From an uncultured Eubacteriales bacterium (GTDB taxonomy: Bacteria > Bacillota > Clostridia > Oscillospirales > CAG-382), in assembly GCA_900551295.1 (NCBI GenBank), contig URVJ01000003.1, positions 68,593-132,592 on the forward strand: DNA of 64,000 nt, in the 5' to 3' direction. The notes under the pieces were generated by a model. It made no database searches, was not told the origin of the DNA, and saw nothing but the letters and a program-made list of their open reading frames with translations. The first letter of the stretch is position 1. Every line of letters starts with the position of its first letter. Shown piece after piece: positions 9,852 through 20,336 of this stretch. The translations under genes and the position numbers were made by a program.

Positions 9852-10946
9852 TTATCTTTCTTCAAGAATATCGGCAATTCTCTTGCACGCAAAGCCGTCG
9901 CCGTAAGGATTGCTTGCGTGTGCCATTGCGTTATACGCGTCTTTATCCTCAAGCAGCTGCTTGAAGTTCTTATATATGACGTCCTCGTTTGTTCCGACAA
10001 GCTTTAAGGTTCCCGCTTTTATGCCCTCGGGACGTTCCGTCGTATCGCGCATTACAAGCACGGGTTTTCCGAGCGACGGAGCCTCCTCCTGTATTCCGCC
10101 GCTGTCGGTGAGTATCATATAGCTGCGCGAGAGGAAGTTATGGAAGTCAAGCACTTCCAACGGTTCGATTATGTGTATTCTGTCGCAGCCTCCGAGTTCT
10201 TCATCGGCGGCTTTTCTTACGACGGGATTCATATGTATCGGATATATCGCCTTTACGTCGGGGTGCTCGTCCATTATACGGCGTATCGCCCTGAACATAT
10301 GGTGCATGGGTTCTCCGAGATTTTCGCGTCTGTGCGCGGTTATCACTATAAGGCGGCTGCCCGACGCCCATTCAAGTTCGGGGTGGGTATAATCGGCGCG
10401 CACCGTCGTTTTGAGCGCGTCTATCGCGGTGTTTCCGGTAACGTATATGCTGTCCGGATCTTTTCCCTCTTTAAGCAGATTCTGCTTTGAAAGCTCTGTC
10501 GGTGCAAAATTGTATTTTGATATTATGCTTACCGCCTGACGGTTAAATTCTTCGGGATACGGAGAATAGATATTATACGTGCGCAGTCCTGCCTCGACGT
10601 GTCCGACGGGTATTTGCAGATAAAAGCAGGCAAGCGCCGTGACAAACGTCGTCGAAGTGTCGCCGTGGACAAGCACGACATCGGGTTTTACCTCTTCAAG
10701 CACGCTCTTTATGCGGTTCAGTATATTTGTCGTTATATCGAAAAGCGTCTGCTTATCTTTCATTACCGAAAGGTCATAATCCGGCACTACGCCGAAAGCC
10801 TCAAGCACCTGGTCGAGCATCTGTCTGTGCTGTCCCGTAACGCACACAACGGTATTTATGTTTTTTCTTGTTTTCAGCTCATTTACAAGCGGACACATCT
10901 TTATTGCCTCCGGACGTGTTCCGAATACAAGCATTACTGTTTTCAT
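9852..10946 (-). CDS. wecB: UDP-N-acetylglucosamine 2-epimerase (non-hydrolysing)
   Basis: FGTRPEAIKMCPL, VHGDTSTT, AHRRENLGEP and LTDSGGIQEEAPSLGKPVLVMRDTTERPE motifs. Confidence 0.9.
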   Translation of the reverse strand: MKTVMLVFGTRPEAIKMCPLVNELKTRKNINTVVCVTGQHRQMLDQVLEAFGVVPDYDLSVMKDKQTLFDITTNILNRIKSVLEEVKPDVVLVHGDTSTTFVTALACFYLQIPVGHVEAGLRTYNIYSPYPEEFNRQAVSIISKYNFAPTELSKQNLLKEGKDPDSIYVTGNTAIDALKTTVRADYTHPELEWASGSRLIVITAHRRENLGEPMHHMFRAIRRIMDEHPDVKAIYPIHMNPVVRKAADEELGGCDRIHIIEPLEVLDFHNFLSRSYMILTDSGGIQEEAPSLGKPVLVMRDTTERPEGIKAGTLKLVGTNEDVIYKNFKQLLEDKDAYNAMAHASNPYGDGFACKRIADILEER

Positions 10947-11110
10947 AAATTTCTCCCATTACAGATAGTAATAATAAAACTTTTTATTATTTTACCGCAA
11001 ATGCGCATATTTTGCAATACATTTGGGACAAATAAATTTCCTGCTGCGGGATTTGTACGGCAGGAACAAATTAAAATCAATATTTTTACACAAAAATCTT
11101 TGAACGCGGT

Positions 11111-12273
11111 TCAAAACTTATTGAAAATGTCATGGTGCTTTCTGACGTTTAAGTTTCTGTCAAGAAAAGCCATGTAAAGACCTTCGGTCATATGCGATTC
11201 TTCTATCGGGTGAAGATCCGCAACGGGAGAGGTGAAAAGTCCCTGCACAATATATCCGACGCCGAGTTTTGAAAAAGTCTCAAGCTCGGATTCAAGGTAC
11301 GGCAGTCTCTCATCCTCCGTCGGCGCGCCCCAGCAGCATTCGGTAATAAGAAACGGCTTTCCGAAAGTCTCTATATAATCCATAAGTTCGACAGTCTCGG
11401 CTTCAAACACGTCCTTTGGCTTATTATGCTGATTATACGGGTGCAGGCTTATTACGTCAACGGACGGCGCAAGTCTTGTAACATCGCGTATTTTCTTTTC
11501 ACCGTTGAAATAGCAGCACTGAGAGCCGACGGTTATTCTTCTGCCGTCAACGGTTCTGAGTACGCGTATCATTTCTTCGAGAAATTCCGAAACCTTCTTG
11601 AATGCGCGGTCGGTTCCGTAAACATTGTTATAAGGCTCGTTTGCAATGTCATGCATGAGTATATCGGCGTTAAACGTCGTTGCGAACAGTTCTTTGTAAA
11701 GGTGCTGAAAATACGACGTGCTCATATACATTTTTGCCGCAAGCTCCGTGGCATTATATGATTTTTCGGGACTGTCGAGTATTTTTTCGCGCATGATTTT
11801 CAAATTGACATATCGTGTTTCGAGCGATTCGCATTTTGCATCAAAGACGGTGCTTGCGGCAAGCTTTGCGAAGAAATATCGTGCAAGCTCACTTAAAACG
11901 CAGTTTTCGGACGGTTTTGCAAGCCGCGATTCCTTTTTCATAGGCGAAATTATATCGGAGATCTCGCCGCTGCCGCGAAGTCCGCAGACTTTTCCGAAAC
12001 TCAGATTTTCAAACACGTTTTTTCATAAGCTTCATACGTAAAATGAAAAAAGTCATGGCAGAAATAATCCTGCGCCGAGTAATATTCGGTATACGCGCCC
12101 TTTTCAAATATGCAGTAAGATCCTGCCTCGATATAAACAAATTTCCCGTCAACCGACACATATGCCGGAGTTTTGAAAAGCACAAAAAGATTCTTTTCCG
12201 GAAGTCCGTTCTTGCGCAGACAGCGAAAACTCTTGCGGCATTCGTAATTTACGGTTATATCCCTGATTATCAT
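11111..12273 (-). pseudogene. Disrupted AraC-family regulator gene fused to the C-terminal half of a clan GH-A (GH5-like) glycoside hydrolase
   Basis: ORF 12001-12390 encodes an AraC-type cupin N-domain. ORF 11111-12016 continues in another frame with the linker and first HTH (SYNATELAAKMYMSTSYFQHLYKELF), then switches near nt 11665 to DIANEP...ITECCWG hydrolase motifs. The frame break is at a T6 run, 12018-12023. Confidence 0.6.
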
Positions 12274-12389
12274 AATAAAAAATTCCGTCCGATACGTTTT
12301 TATATTAATATAACATTCGATTTCTTCATTGTCAAACGGTTTTGGGCGCACACCCAAAAGAACCGCGCCGAAAAAGCGCGGTTGGTGCA

Positions 12390-13103
12390 TTATTCGAGTT
12401 CAGCCGTGCCGTCGTTAAGTTCCATAAGCTTCGATACGGTTACAAAGCTGTATCCTCTTTCTTTGAGTTCGGGAAGAATTACCTTTAGTGCGTCGGGCGT
12501 CGGGCTGCCTTTTACGTTATAGTCGTGAAACAGAATTATATCTCCGTTCTGAAGATTGCCCAACACCGTATTTACAACGGACGAGACCGGAGGTCTTGAC
12601 CAGTCGCGCGTGTCCTGACGCCACGACCACAGCACCGGAGTGCAGTCGTAGCTTTCTATGGTCTTGATAATCCCGTCGTCGAAATATCCTCCGGGAGAAC
12701 GGAACAGCCGCGGCGCTTTGCCCGTGATGTCCTCAACTATTTTCTGAGTTTTTTCTATCTCCTCCAAAAGTTCAGACGCGCCTATTACTTTCATTTTCGG
12801 GTGTGAATAGGTGTGGTTTCCTATCTCGTGTCCCTCGTCAAACTCGCGCTTTACAAGTTCGGGATTTTTTTCGGCGTTCTGCCCTATTACAAAAAACGTA
12901 GCCTTTGCGTCATATTTTTTAAGAATATCGAGTATCTGCGCGGTATATTCCGTATGAGGGCCGTCGTCAAAGGTAAGAGCCACATATTTTCCCGCAGAAC
13001 GGTTTGCGGCAAACACGTCGTTTTTTCCTGCGGCGCAGACCGCGCACGAAAGCAAAAGCGTCGCAAAACAAGCATATAAAAGTACAAAAATTCTCTTTTT
13101 CAT
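12390..13103 (-). CDS. Secreted polysaccharide deacetylase (NodB/CE4 family)
   Basis: Signal peptide; LTFDDGPH and HEIGNHTYSHP motifs. Confidence 0.8.
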   Translation of the reverse strand: MKKRIFVLLYACFATLLLSCAVCAAGKNDVFAANRSAGKYVALTFDDGPHTEYTAQILDILKKYDAKATFFVIGQNAEKNPELVKREFDEGHEIGNHTYSHPKMKVIGASELLEEIEKTQKIVEDITGKAPRLFRSPGGYFDDGIIKTIESYDCTPVLWSWRQDTRDWSRPPVSSVVNTVLGNLQNGDIILFHDYNVKGSPTPDALKVILPELKERGYSFVTVSKLMELNDGTAELE

Positions 13104-13122
13104 ATTATCCTACGCTTCTTTC

Positions 13123-13881
13123 TTATCCGAAATCTTCAAGAGAACAAAATTCGTAGCCCTTGGCTTTCATGTCCTTTATAAAGCTTTCGATAATTGCGGC
13201 GTTTGTGCTTGACGTCGGGTGAAACAGTGCGACGCAGCCGTTATGCACGCGTGATTCCACAAGAGAAAGAGCCTTGTCGGGCGGCATTTGTCTGTTTTCG
13301 TCCCAGTCTGCATATGCAAGACTCCAGAAAACCGTCTTATATCCGAGTTTGTTTGCCATTTCCAGATTCAGCTTTGAAAAAGTACCCTCCGGCGGTCTGT
13401 AATACTTATCCACTTCAAAGCCGCACTTTTCGCGAACGACGTCCTCCAGTCCGCAAAGCTCCGCCTTAAAGGTTTCAAAATCCGTAACTCCGCTCATGTT
13501 CCTGTGCGACTTTGTATGATTGCATACAAGGTGTCCTTCGTCCTTCATTCTCTTTACAAGTTCCGTATTTTCCTTTGCTATCTGCGGCAGAATAAAAAAG
13601 GCTCCGGGAACGTTCTGCTCTTTCAATACATTCAGTATCTTTTCGACGTTTCCGTTTTCGTATCCTGCGTCAAAAGTAAGATATATTTTCTTTTCATCGG
13701 GATTTCCGAGATATATCGCGCCGTTTTCCTTTGCAAATCCGCTTGCTTCGGGACAGCATTGAGGCTGGACGTTATCCTTTGCAGGCTTGAAATACCAGCC
13801 TATGCTTTCGGATCTTACCCTGTGCGGAACCGAAAAACACAGCGTCAGCAAAAACAGCGCGGCAAGCATCTTTTTTTTCAT
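13123..13881 (-). CDS. PdaA-like polysaccharide deacetylase (delta-lactam-type de-N-acetylase family)
   Basis: Signal peptide; YLTFDAGYENG, GAFF and CNHTKSH motifs typical of the PdaA subgroup. Confidence 0.7.
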   Translation of the reverse strand: MKKKMLAALFLLTLCFSVPHRVRSESIGWYFKPAKDNVQPQCCPEASGFAKENGAIYLGNPDEKKIYLTFDAGYENGNVEKILNVLKEQNVPGAFFILPQIAKENTELVKRMKDEGHLVCNHTKSHRNMSGVTDFETFKAELCGLEDVVREKCGFEVDKYYRPPEGTFSKLNLEMANKLGYKTVFWSLAYADWDENRQMPPDKALSLVESRVHNGCVALFHPTSSTNAAIIESFIKDMKAKGYEFCSLEDFG

Positions 13882-14106
13882 TTTTTCACATCTCCTCGCA
13901 TTTTTGATGCCGTTTTTATTGTCTGCGTTTTACGTGAGCTTTATTATGCCCATTTTTACCTTTATGCTGCATAATCATTGTATAAAACCGCATTTATGCA
14001 CTTTAATATTCACTTAAAAAGTGCCTGTTTTTGACGCATATATTGTAAAGAATATAACAATCATAAGATTAATTGCATAAAAAATGTAAATTCAAGCCGC
14101 AATCTA

Positions 14107-14135
14107 TTGATTTCGGCAAAAAGCGGTGGTATAAT
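14107..14135 (+). promoter_or_regulatory. argG promoter
   Basis: TTGATT (14107-14112), 17-nt spacer, TGgTATAAT (-10 at 14130-14135). Confidence 0.6.
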
Positions 14136-14174
14136 TCAGACAATAAAAAAATTCTTGCAAAAAAGGTGACGAAA

Positions 14175-15401
14175 ATGGATAAGACAAAAATCAAAAAGGT
14201 AGTTCTCGCATATTCCGGAGGACTTGATACATCGATCATTATTCCGTGGCTCAAGGAAAACTACAACAACTGCGAAGTAATCGCCGTTTCCGGAAACGTA
14301 GGTCAGGCGGACGAGCTCGAAGGTCTTGAAGAAAAGGCTCTAAAAACCGGCGCGTCGAAACTCTACGTTGAAGATCTCACCGATGAATTTGTAGACGATT
14401 TCATTGTTCCTACCGTAAAGGCAGGAGCGCTGTACGAAAAATATATGCTCGGCACAAGTTTCGCACGTCCCGTAATCGCAAAGCGTCTTGTTGAAATTGC
14501 TCTCAAAGAGGGCGCGGACGCGATCTGCCACGGCTGCACGGGCAAAGGCAACGACCAGGTTCGTTTTGAGCTTGCGGTAAAGGCTCTCGCACCCGATATG
14601 CCGATCATCGCACCCTGGCGTGAGTGGAACATAAAGAGCCGTGAGGAAGAAATCGAATATGCCGAGGCTCACAACGTTCCCCTTAAAATAAATCGTGAAA
14701 CCAACTATTCAAAGGACAAGAATCTCTGGCATCTCTCGCACGAAGGTCTTGATCTCGAGGACACGGGAAACGAACCCAAGTACGAAGAAAAGGGATTTCT
14801 TGAAATGGGCGTATCTCCCATCGACGCTCCCGACAAGCCCACCTACATAACTCTCGATTTTGAAAAAGGCGTTCCCGTTGCATTCAACGACAAGAAGATG
14901 AGCGCAAAGGAAATAGTTCTCGCACTCAACAAGGTCGGCGGTGAAAACGGAATCGGACTTCTCGACATAGTTGAAAACCGTCTTGTAGGCATGAAGTGCC
15001 GCGGCGTATACGAAACTCCCGGCGGAGCTATTCTGTATGCGGCTCACGAATACCTCGAAACGCTCACGCTTGACAAGATGACCGCCCACAAAAAAGAAGA
15101 GCTTGCAATTACATTCGCGGAACTCGTATACAACGGTCAGTGGTTCTCGCCTTTGCGCGAAGCTCTGAGTGCCTTTGTCGACAAGACTCAGGAAACCGTA
15201 ACGGGTAAAGTTAAGCTCAAGCTCTACAAGGGCAACATCATAAAAGCAGGCGCATGGAGCGACTACACGCTGTATTCCGAAGAAGTCGCAACTTTCGGCG
15301 AGGATCACGTTTACAACCAGGCAGACGCTACGGGCTTTATCAACCTCTACGGACTTCCCACAACGGTTCGCGCACGCGCTCAGAAAAACTGGAAAAAGTA
15401 A
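14175..15401 (+). CDS. argG: Argininosuccinate synthase
   Basis: [12 protein letters not shown]-binding motif and full-length ArgG-like sequence. Start taken at MDKTK with an AAAAGGTGA RBS. The ORF-track 5' extension from 14073 has no RBS. Confidence 0.95.
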   Translation: MDKTKIKKVVLAYSGGLDTSIIIPWLKENYNNCEVIAVSGNVGQADELEGLEEKALKTGASKLYVEDLTDEFVDDFIVPTVKAGALYEKYMLGTSFARPVIAKRLVEIALKEGADAICHGCTGKGNDQVRFELAVKALAPDMPIIAPWREWNIKSREEEIEYAEAHNVPLKINRETNYSKDKNLWHLSHEGLDLEDTGNEPKYEEKGFLEMGVSPIDAPDKPTYITLDFEKGVPVAFNDKKMSAKEIVLALNKVGGENGIGLLDIVENRLVGMKCRGVYETPGGAILYAAHEYLETLTLDKMTAHKKEELAITFAELVYNGQWFSPLREALSAFVDKTQETVTGKVKLKLYKGNIIKAGAWSDYTLYSEEVATFGEDHVYNQADATGFINLYGLPTTVRARAQKNWKK

Positions 15402-15422
15402 CTGATACAAAAATACATATCG

Positions 15423-15654
15423 GGGCAAGCATAAACTTGCCCTCATGCTGTTTCAAAAGTGTATAAAACTTTTCGGGCAAAGCCCGATTTTGGCAAAAAT
15501 TGAAAAACTCCGGGGACACGCGCCGCGGATTTTTCTCCGATAGATTCGCGAGTGTCGAAAACGTCAGTTTTTGGCATGAGGCGCGAGCGCACGAATCTGT
15601 TTCGTGCCGTAAACGAAGTTTGCGGCACGCTCAGGGCAAGCATAAACTTGCCCT
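15423..15654 (-). repeat. MITE-like intergenic repeat, copy C, bounded by identical 21-nt hairpin repeats
   Basis: GGGCAAGCATAAACTTGCCCT occurs at 15423-15443 and again at 15634-15654. The interior shares AATCTGTTTC..GCC.TAAA..AAG and (in reverse complement) ACTGACG.TTTTC...CGGAGAAAAATCC with the copies at 22474 and 56266. Confidence 0.55.
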
Positions 15655-15718
15655 GAATTTAATTATTGACATCGCTCAATTTGACACCGCATAACAAATG
15701 AAAGGTTAGCTGAAAAAT

Positions 15719-17092
15719 ATGAAAATGTGGCAGGGACGGTTCAAAAAGGAAGAGGACGAAAGCGTAAACGACTTCAACTCCTCCATCTCCTTTGACAGCC
15801 GTATGTACAAAGAGGACATCACGGGAAGCATAGCGCACGCAAGAATGCTCGGAAACACGGGTATTATCGACAAGGACGAAAGCTTAAAAATAATCGACGG
15901 TCTGAAAGGTATTCTCTCGGACATAGAGAGCGGAAAGCTTGAGTTCGATCCCAAGGCGGAGGACATTCATATGTTCGTCGAACAAGTGCTTACGGAACGC
16001 ATAGGCGACGCCGGAAAGCGGCTTCACACCTCGCGCAGCAGAAACGATCAGGTTGCTCTCGACACAAGAATGTATCTTCTCGGTCAGATAGACGAGGTAA
16101 CTGCGCTTATAAAAAATCTATCCCACGTCATAATCGAAAAGGCAAAATCAAACATCTCGACGGTCATGCCCGGATACACTCATCTTCAGCGCGCTCAGCC
16201 GGTCACTCTCGCACACCAGCTTCTTGCGTATGCACAGATGTTAAAGCGCGACGTGCAGCGCCTTTGCGACTGCCGCGAAAGAACAAATATAATGCCTCTC
16301 GGCTCCTGCGCTCTTGCAGGCACCACCTACCCTATCGACAGGCTTTCGGTCGCGGACGAACTCGGATTTTCCGGCGTTACGCAGAACAGCATAGACGGAG
16401 TTTCAGACAGGGATTTCGTGCTTGAACTCGCATTCTGCCTGTCGGCTGTCATGATGCACCTTTCAAGATTTTCCGAAGAAGTAATACTCTGGTGCAGCAG
16501 CGAATTCGGATTTATGGAGCTTGACGACGCATTCGCAACAGGTTCGTCAATAATGCCGCAGAAGAAAAACCCGGACATTGCCGAGCTTGTACGCGGCAAG
16601 ACCGGACGCGTTTACGGATCTCTCATGACTCTGCTCACCGTTATGAAGGGACTTCCTCTTGCCTACAACAAGGATATGCAGGAGGACAAGGAAGCTGTAT
16701 TCGACGCTCTCGACAACACAAAGCTCTGTCTTGAAATATTCACAAAAATGCTCGACACCGCCTCGTTCCGCACCGAAAAGCTCCGCGCCGCGGCAGGATT
16801 CGGATTTATAAACGCGACGGACTGTGCGGATTATCTTGTCAAAAAGGGTATGCCGTTCAGACAGGCTTACAAGATCGTCGGCGAGCTGGTTGCGGTATGC
16901 ATCGAAAAGAACACGACGTTTGAAAAGCTGCCTCTCGAAGAATACAGGAAAGTATCCGACGTATTTGACGGCGGAGTATATGCGGCAGTCGACCTTGACG
17001 CCTGCGTAAACGGCAGAAGCGTTATCGGAGGACCTGCGGAAAGCGCGGTAAAGGCACAGATAGCGGAACTCGAAAGCTTTTTCAATGATTAA
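15719..17092 (+). CDS. argH: Argininosuccinate lyase
   Basis: MWQGRF start, TSRSRNDQV, and the GSSIMPQKKNPD signature. Confidence 0.95.
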   Translation: MKMWQGRFKKEEDESVNDFNSSISFDSRMYKEDITGSIAHARMLGNTGIIDKDESLKIIDGLKGILSDIESGKLEFDPKAEDIHMFVEQVLTERIGDAGKRLHTSRSRNDQVALDTRMYLLGQIDEVTALIKNLSHVIIEKAKSNISTVMPGYTHLQRAQPVTLAHQLLAYAQMLKRDVQRLCDCRERTNIMPLGSCALAGTTYPIDRLSVADELGFSGVTQNSIDGVSDRDFVLELAFCLSAVMMHLSRFSEEVILWCSSEFGFMELDDAFATGSSIMPQKKNPDIAELVRGKTGRVYGSLMTLLTVMKGLPLAYNKDMQEDKEAVFDALDNTKLCLEIFTKMLDTASFRTEKLRAAAGFGFINATDCADYLVKKGMPFRQAYKIVGELVAVCIEKNTTFEKLPLEEYRKVSDVFDGGVYAAVDLDACVNGRSVIGGPAESAVKAQIAELESFFND

Positions 17093-17105
17093 GGAGGACG
17101 GTTTT

Positions 17106-18149
17106 ATGAGCGGCACAAAGAAAATTAACGCCGGTATAATCGGTGCAACGGGATATGCGGGCTGCGAACTTTTCAGACTGCTTACCTGTCACAAAAACGT
17201 AAACATAAGCGCGGTATCCTCTTCAAGCTTTGAGGGAAAACAGCTTTCCGAAATATATCCGGCTCTCTCAGGCAAAGGCGACATGGTTCTCTGCGGCATG
17301 GACGAGGTTATAGAAAAATCCGACGTCATCTTTGCGGCTCTTCCGCACGGGCTTTCGGAACCTCTTGCCGAAAAATGCATATCGGCAGGCAAAGTGCTTA
17401 TAGATCTCGGCGCGGATTTCAGACTTTACGACAAAGACGACTACAAAAAGTGGTACGGACTTGATTTCAAATATCCGTCCTTACACAAAAAAGCGCTCTA
17501 CTGTCTGCCCGAAATTAACAGGGACAAAATCAAAAGCGTAGATATAATCGCAAATCCCGGCTGCTATCCGACAAGCATTGCTCTCGGACTTATGCCGGCG
17601 CTCAAAAACGATCTTTGCTTTACGGACGGCATTATAATAGACTCAAAGAGCGGCGTTACGGGCGCAGGACGTTCTCTCACCCAGAATACGCACTATCCCG
17701 ACACAAACGAGGCTTTCTCGGCTTATAAGGCAGGTCTTCACAGACATACTCCCGAAATCGAACAGACATTGAGTATTCTTTCGGGCAAGGAAATAAACGT
17801 CACCTTTGTTCCTCATCTGCTGCCGGTAAACCGAGGCATTCTCTCGACAATATACATAAAGACAAACAGAAATTTTGACGAAATATACAACTGCTACAAG
17901 GACGCTTACAAAGACGAAAAATTCGTGCGCGTAATGCCGCAGAACTCATATGCAAACATCAAAAACGTAAGAATGTCAAACTACTGCGACATATCTCTGC
18001 ATTTTGACGCGCACACATCTACGCTTATAATCACAAGCGCGATAGACAACATGGTTAAAGGCGCTGCCGGACAGGCAATACAGAACATGAACATACGCTT
18101 CGGCTTTGACGAGGACGAGGCTCTGACCATGCTTGCGCCATCTTTCTGA
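17106..18149 (+). CDS. argC: N-acetyl-gamma-glutamyl-phosphate reductase
   Basis: GIIGATGYAG and ANPGCYPTS (catalytic Cys). Start after an AAGGAGG RBS. Confidence 0.9.
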   Translation: MSGTKKINAGIIGATGYAGCELFRLLTCHKNVNISAVSSSSFEGKQLSEIYPALSGKGDMVLCGMDEVIEKSDVIFAALPHGLSEPLAEKCISAGKVLIDLGADFRLYDKDDYKKWYGLDFKYPSLHKKALYCLPEINRDKIKSVDIIANPGCYPTSIALGLMPALKNDLCFTDGIIIDSKSGVTGAGRSLTQNTHYPDTNEAFSAYKAGLHRHTPEIEQTLSILSGKEINVTFVPHLLPVNRGILSTIYIKTNRNFDEIYNCYKDAYKDEKFVRVMPQNSYANIKNVRMSNYCDISLHFDAHTSTLIITSAIDNMVKGAAGQAIQNMNIRFGFDEDEALTMLAPSF

Positions 18150-18166
18150 CAAACGGGGTGAATAAT

Positions 18167-19405
18167 ATGAACGAAACAAAGATAAAACGCGCCGAGGGCG
18201 GTATTACATATCCTCTGGGCTTTAAGGCTTCGGGTATACACTGCGGACTTCGCAAAAACAAGAACAAAAAAGATCTTGCTCTCATACTTTCCGATACCGA
18301 GTGCGACGCCGCCGCAATCTATACAACAAACAAGGTGTACGGCGCACCCATAAAGGTGACAAGATTGCACCTTGAAAACGGAAAAGCGCGCGCCGTCATA
18401 TGCAACAGCGGAAACGCCAACACCTGCAATCCCGACGGCGTTGAAAAGGCAGAGACCATGTGCAAGGCTCTTTCAGAAAAGCTCGGAATCGACGAAAACG
18501 ACGTCGTTGTAGCCTCCACCGGCGTAATAGGTCAGACGCTTGACGTACAGCCCATAATAAACGGCATACCGACGCTTATTTCGGAGCTTGACAGCTCACC
18601 GGAGGCAGGATACTGCGCCGCAGCCGCAATAATGACCACCGACACAAGGCTTAAACAGATCGCCGCCGAGATCACGCTTTCGGGAAAGACTGTAAAAATA
18701 GGCGGAATGGCAAAAGGTTCCGGCATGATAAGTCCCAACATGGCGACAATGCTCTGCTTTATAACGACAGACGCCGACATTGATTACACGGTGCTGCGTC
18801 CTCTGCTCAAAGAGGTTGCCGACAAGACCTTTAACATGATAAGCGTAGACGGCGACACAAGCACCAACGACACACTCTGCGTCCTCGCGTCCGGAAAAGC
18901 CGGGAACGCACGCATAACACAGCAGAACGGAGAGGATTACGAAAGCTTTAAGGCAGGTCTTGAGTACGTATGCAAATATCTTGCGCGCAAAATGGCTGCC
19001 GACGGAGAGGGTGCGACAAAGCTGCTCGAATGTAAGATACGCGGCTGCTCGGATTATCAGAAAGCGCGCGTGCTTGCAAAATCCGTTATAAATTCTCCGC
19101 TTGTAAAAACGGCTATGTTCGGTTCCGACGCAAACTGGGGACGAGTGCTCTGCGCTCTCGGATATGCCGGAGTTGAATTCGATCCCGAAAAGGTTGAAGT
19201 AAACTTTATATCGAATTCCGGCGAAATAAACGTCTGCAAAAACGGCGGAAACGTAAACTTCGACGAGGACAAGGCAAAAACCGTTCTCAGCGCAGACGCG
19301 GTTACAATCGACGTTGATATGCACGAGGGCGACAGCACCGCAACGGCATTCGGCTGCGATTTAAGCTACGAATATGTGCGCATAAACGGCGACTACCGCT
19401 CATAA
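18167..19405 (+). CDS. argJ: Bifunctional glutamate N-acetyltransferase / amino-acid acetyltransferase
   Basis: PNMATMLCFITTDA self-cleavage region and C-terminal YVRINGDYRS. Confidence 0.9.
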   Translation: MNETKIKRAEGGITYPLGFKASGIHCGLRKNKNKKDLALILSDTECDAAAIYTTNKVYGAPIKVTRLHLENGKARAVICNSGNANTCNPDGVEKAETMCKALSEKLGIDENDVVVASTGVIGQTLDVQPIINGIPTLISELDSSPEAGYCAAAAIMTTDTRLKQIAAEITLSGKTVKIGGMAKGSGMISPNMATMLCFITTDADIDYTVLRPLLKEVADKTFNMISVDGDTSTNDTLCVLASGKAGNARITQQNGEDYESFKAGLEYVCKYLARKMAADGEGATKLLECKIRGCSDYQKARVLAKSVINSPLVKTAMFGSDANWGRVLCALGYAGVEFDPEKVEVNFISNSGEINVCKNGGNVNFDEDKAKTVLSADAVTIDVDMHEGDSTATAFGCDLSYEYVRINGDYRS

Positions 19406-19433
19406 ATTATTTTTTGCGAAAGGCAGCACTTCT

Positions 19434-20303
19434 ATGTTTATCTCAAATATCGACAAGGCAAAGGTACTTATCCAGGCTCTGCCTTACATACAGGAATACT
19501 ACGGAAAGACCGTCGTTGTAAAGTACGGCGGAAACGCAATGACGAACGACGGTTTAAAGCAGGCGGTAATATCCGACCTTGTGCTGCTTAAGCTCGTCGG
19601 AATAAACGTCGTTCTTGTACACGGCGGCGGGCCCGAAATATCGTCAATGCTTGACAGGCTCGGCGTTGAAACCAAGTTTATAAACGGTCTGAGATACACC
19701 TCTGACGAGGCGGTTGAAGTCGTACAGATGGTGCTTGCCGGAAAGACAAACAAGGATCTTGTAAACAAGATAAACGCAATCGGCGGCAGCGCCGTCGGTC
19801 TTTCGGGCATAGACGGAGGTCTTATAAAGGCTAAAAAGCTGTCCGACGGCATAAACGATTTCGGAAACGTCGGAGAAATAGTCGAAGTCAACACAAAGAT
19901 CGTGACCGACAACATAAAGAACGGATTTATTCCCGTAATCGCAACGGTTGCGACGGGCTGCGACGGAGAAAGTCCCGTATACAACATAAACGCAGACACT
20001 GCGGCTGCCGAAATTGCAATAGCTCTCGGCGCGGAAAAGCTTATTCTGCTTACCGACATAAAGGGACTTATGAGAGACGTAAAGGACGAGGACTCGCTTA
20101 TATCCGTCGTAAAGCTCTCGGAAATAGAAACGCTGAAAGCCGAAGGCATAATCAAGGGCGGCATGATTCCCAAAGTTGACTGCTGCGCTCAAACCGTAAA
20201 AAACGGCGTAAAGCGCGCCCACATAATCGACGGCAGGCTGCTTCACTCAATACTCATAGAAATGCTTTCCGATGAAGGTATCGGAACAATGTTTACCGAA
20301 TAA
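19434..20303 (+). CDS. argB: Acetylglutamate kinase
   Basis: VVVKYGGNAM, VLVHGGGP and NINADTAA motifs. Confidence 0.9.
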   Translation: MFISNIDKAKVLIQALPYIQEYYGKTVVVKYGGNAMTNDGLKQAVISDLVLLKLVGINVVLVHGGGPEISSMLDRLGVETKFINGLRYTSDEAVEVVQMVLAGKTNKDLVNKINAIGGSAVGLSGIDGGLIKAKKLSDGINDFGNVGEIVEVNTKIVTDNIKNGFIPVIATVATGCDGESPVYNINADTAAAEIAIALGAEKLILLTDIKGLMRDVKDEDSLISVVKLSEIETLKAEGIIKGGMIPKVDCCAQTVKNGVKRAHIIDGRLLHSILIEMLSDEGIGTMFTE

Positions 20304-20336
20304 AACAAACTTACATTATTTAAAGAGAAATTAAAG

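Noticed and set aside
13982-14174. Search for ArgR (ARG/ARC box) operators upstream of argG, for example TGCATAAAAAATGTAAAT and GACAATAAAAAAATTCTTG.
   Set aside because: These are only weak, AT-rich partial matches to TGAAT-N4-ATTCA. They cannot be distinguished from background without a position weight matrix and comparative data.
14073-14174. N-terminal extensions in the ORF track for argG, and similarly for purA (23094), uxuA (7257), the MATE gene (32633), the ABC gene (48847), clpB (55382), efp (59279), ispH (63533), the livJ-like gene (37810), and others.
   Set aside because: In each case an internal start preceded by a GGAGG-like RBS coincides with the conserved N-terminus of the family. 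The extensions lack an RBS and overlap promoters.
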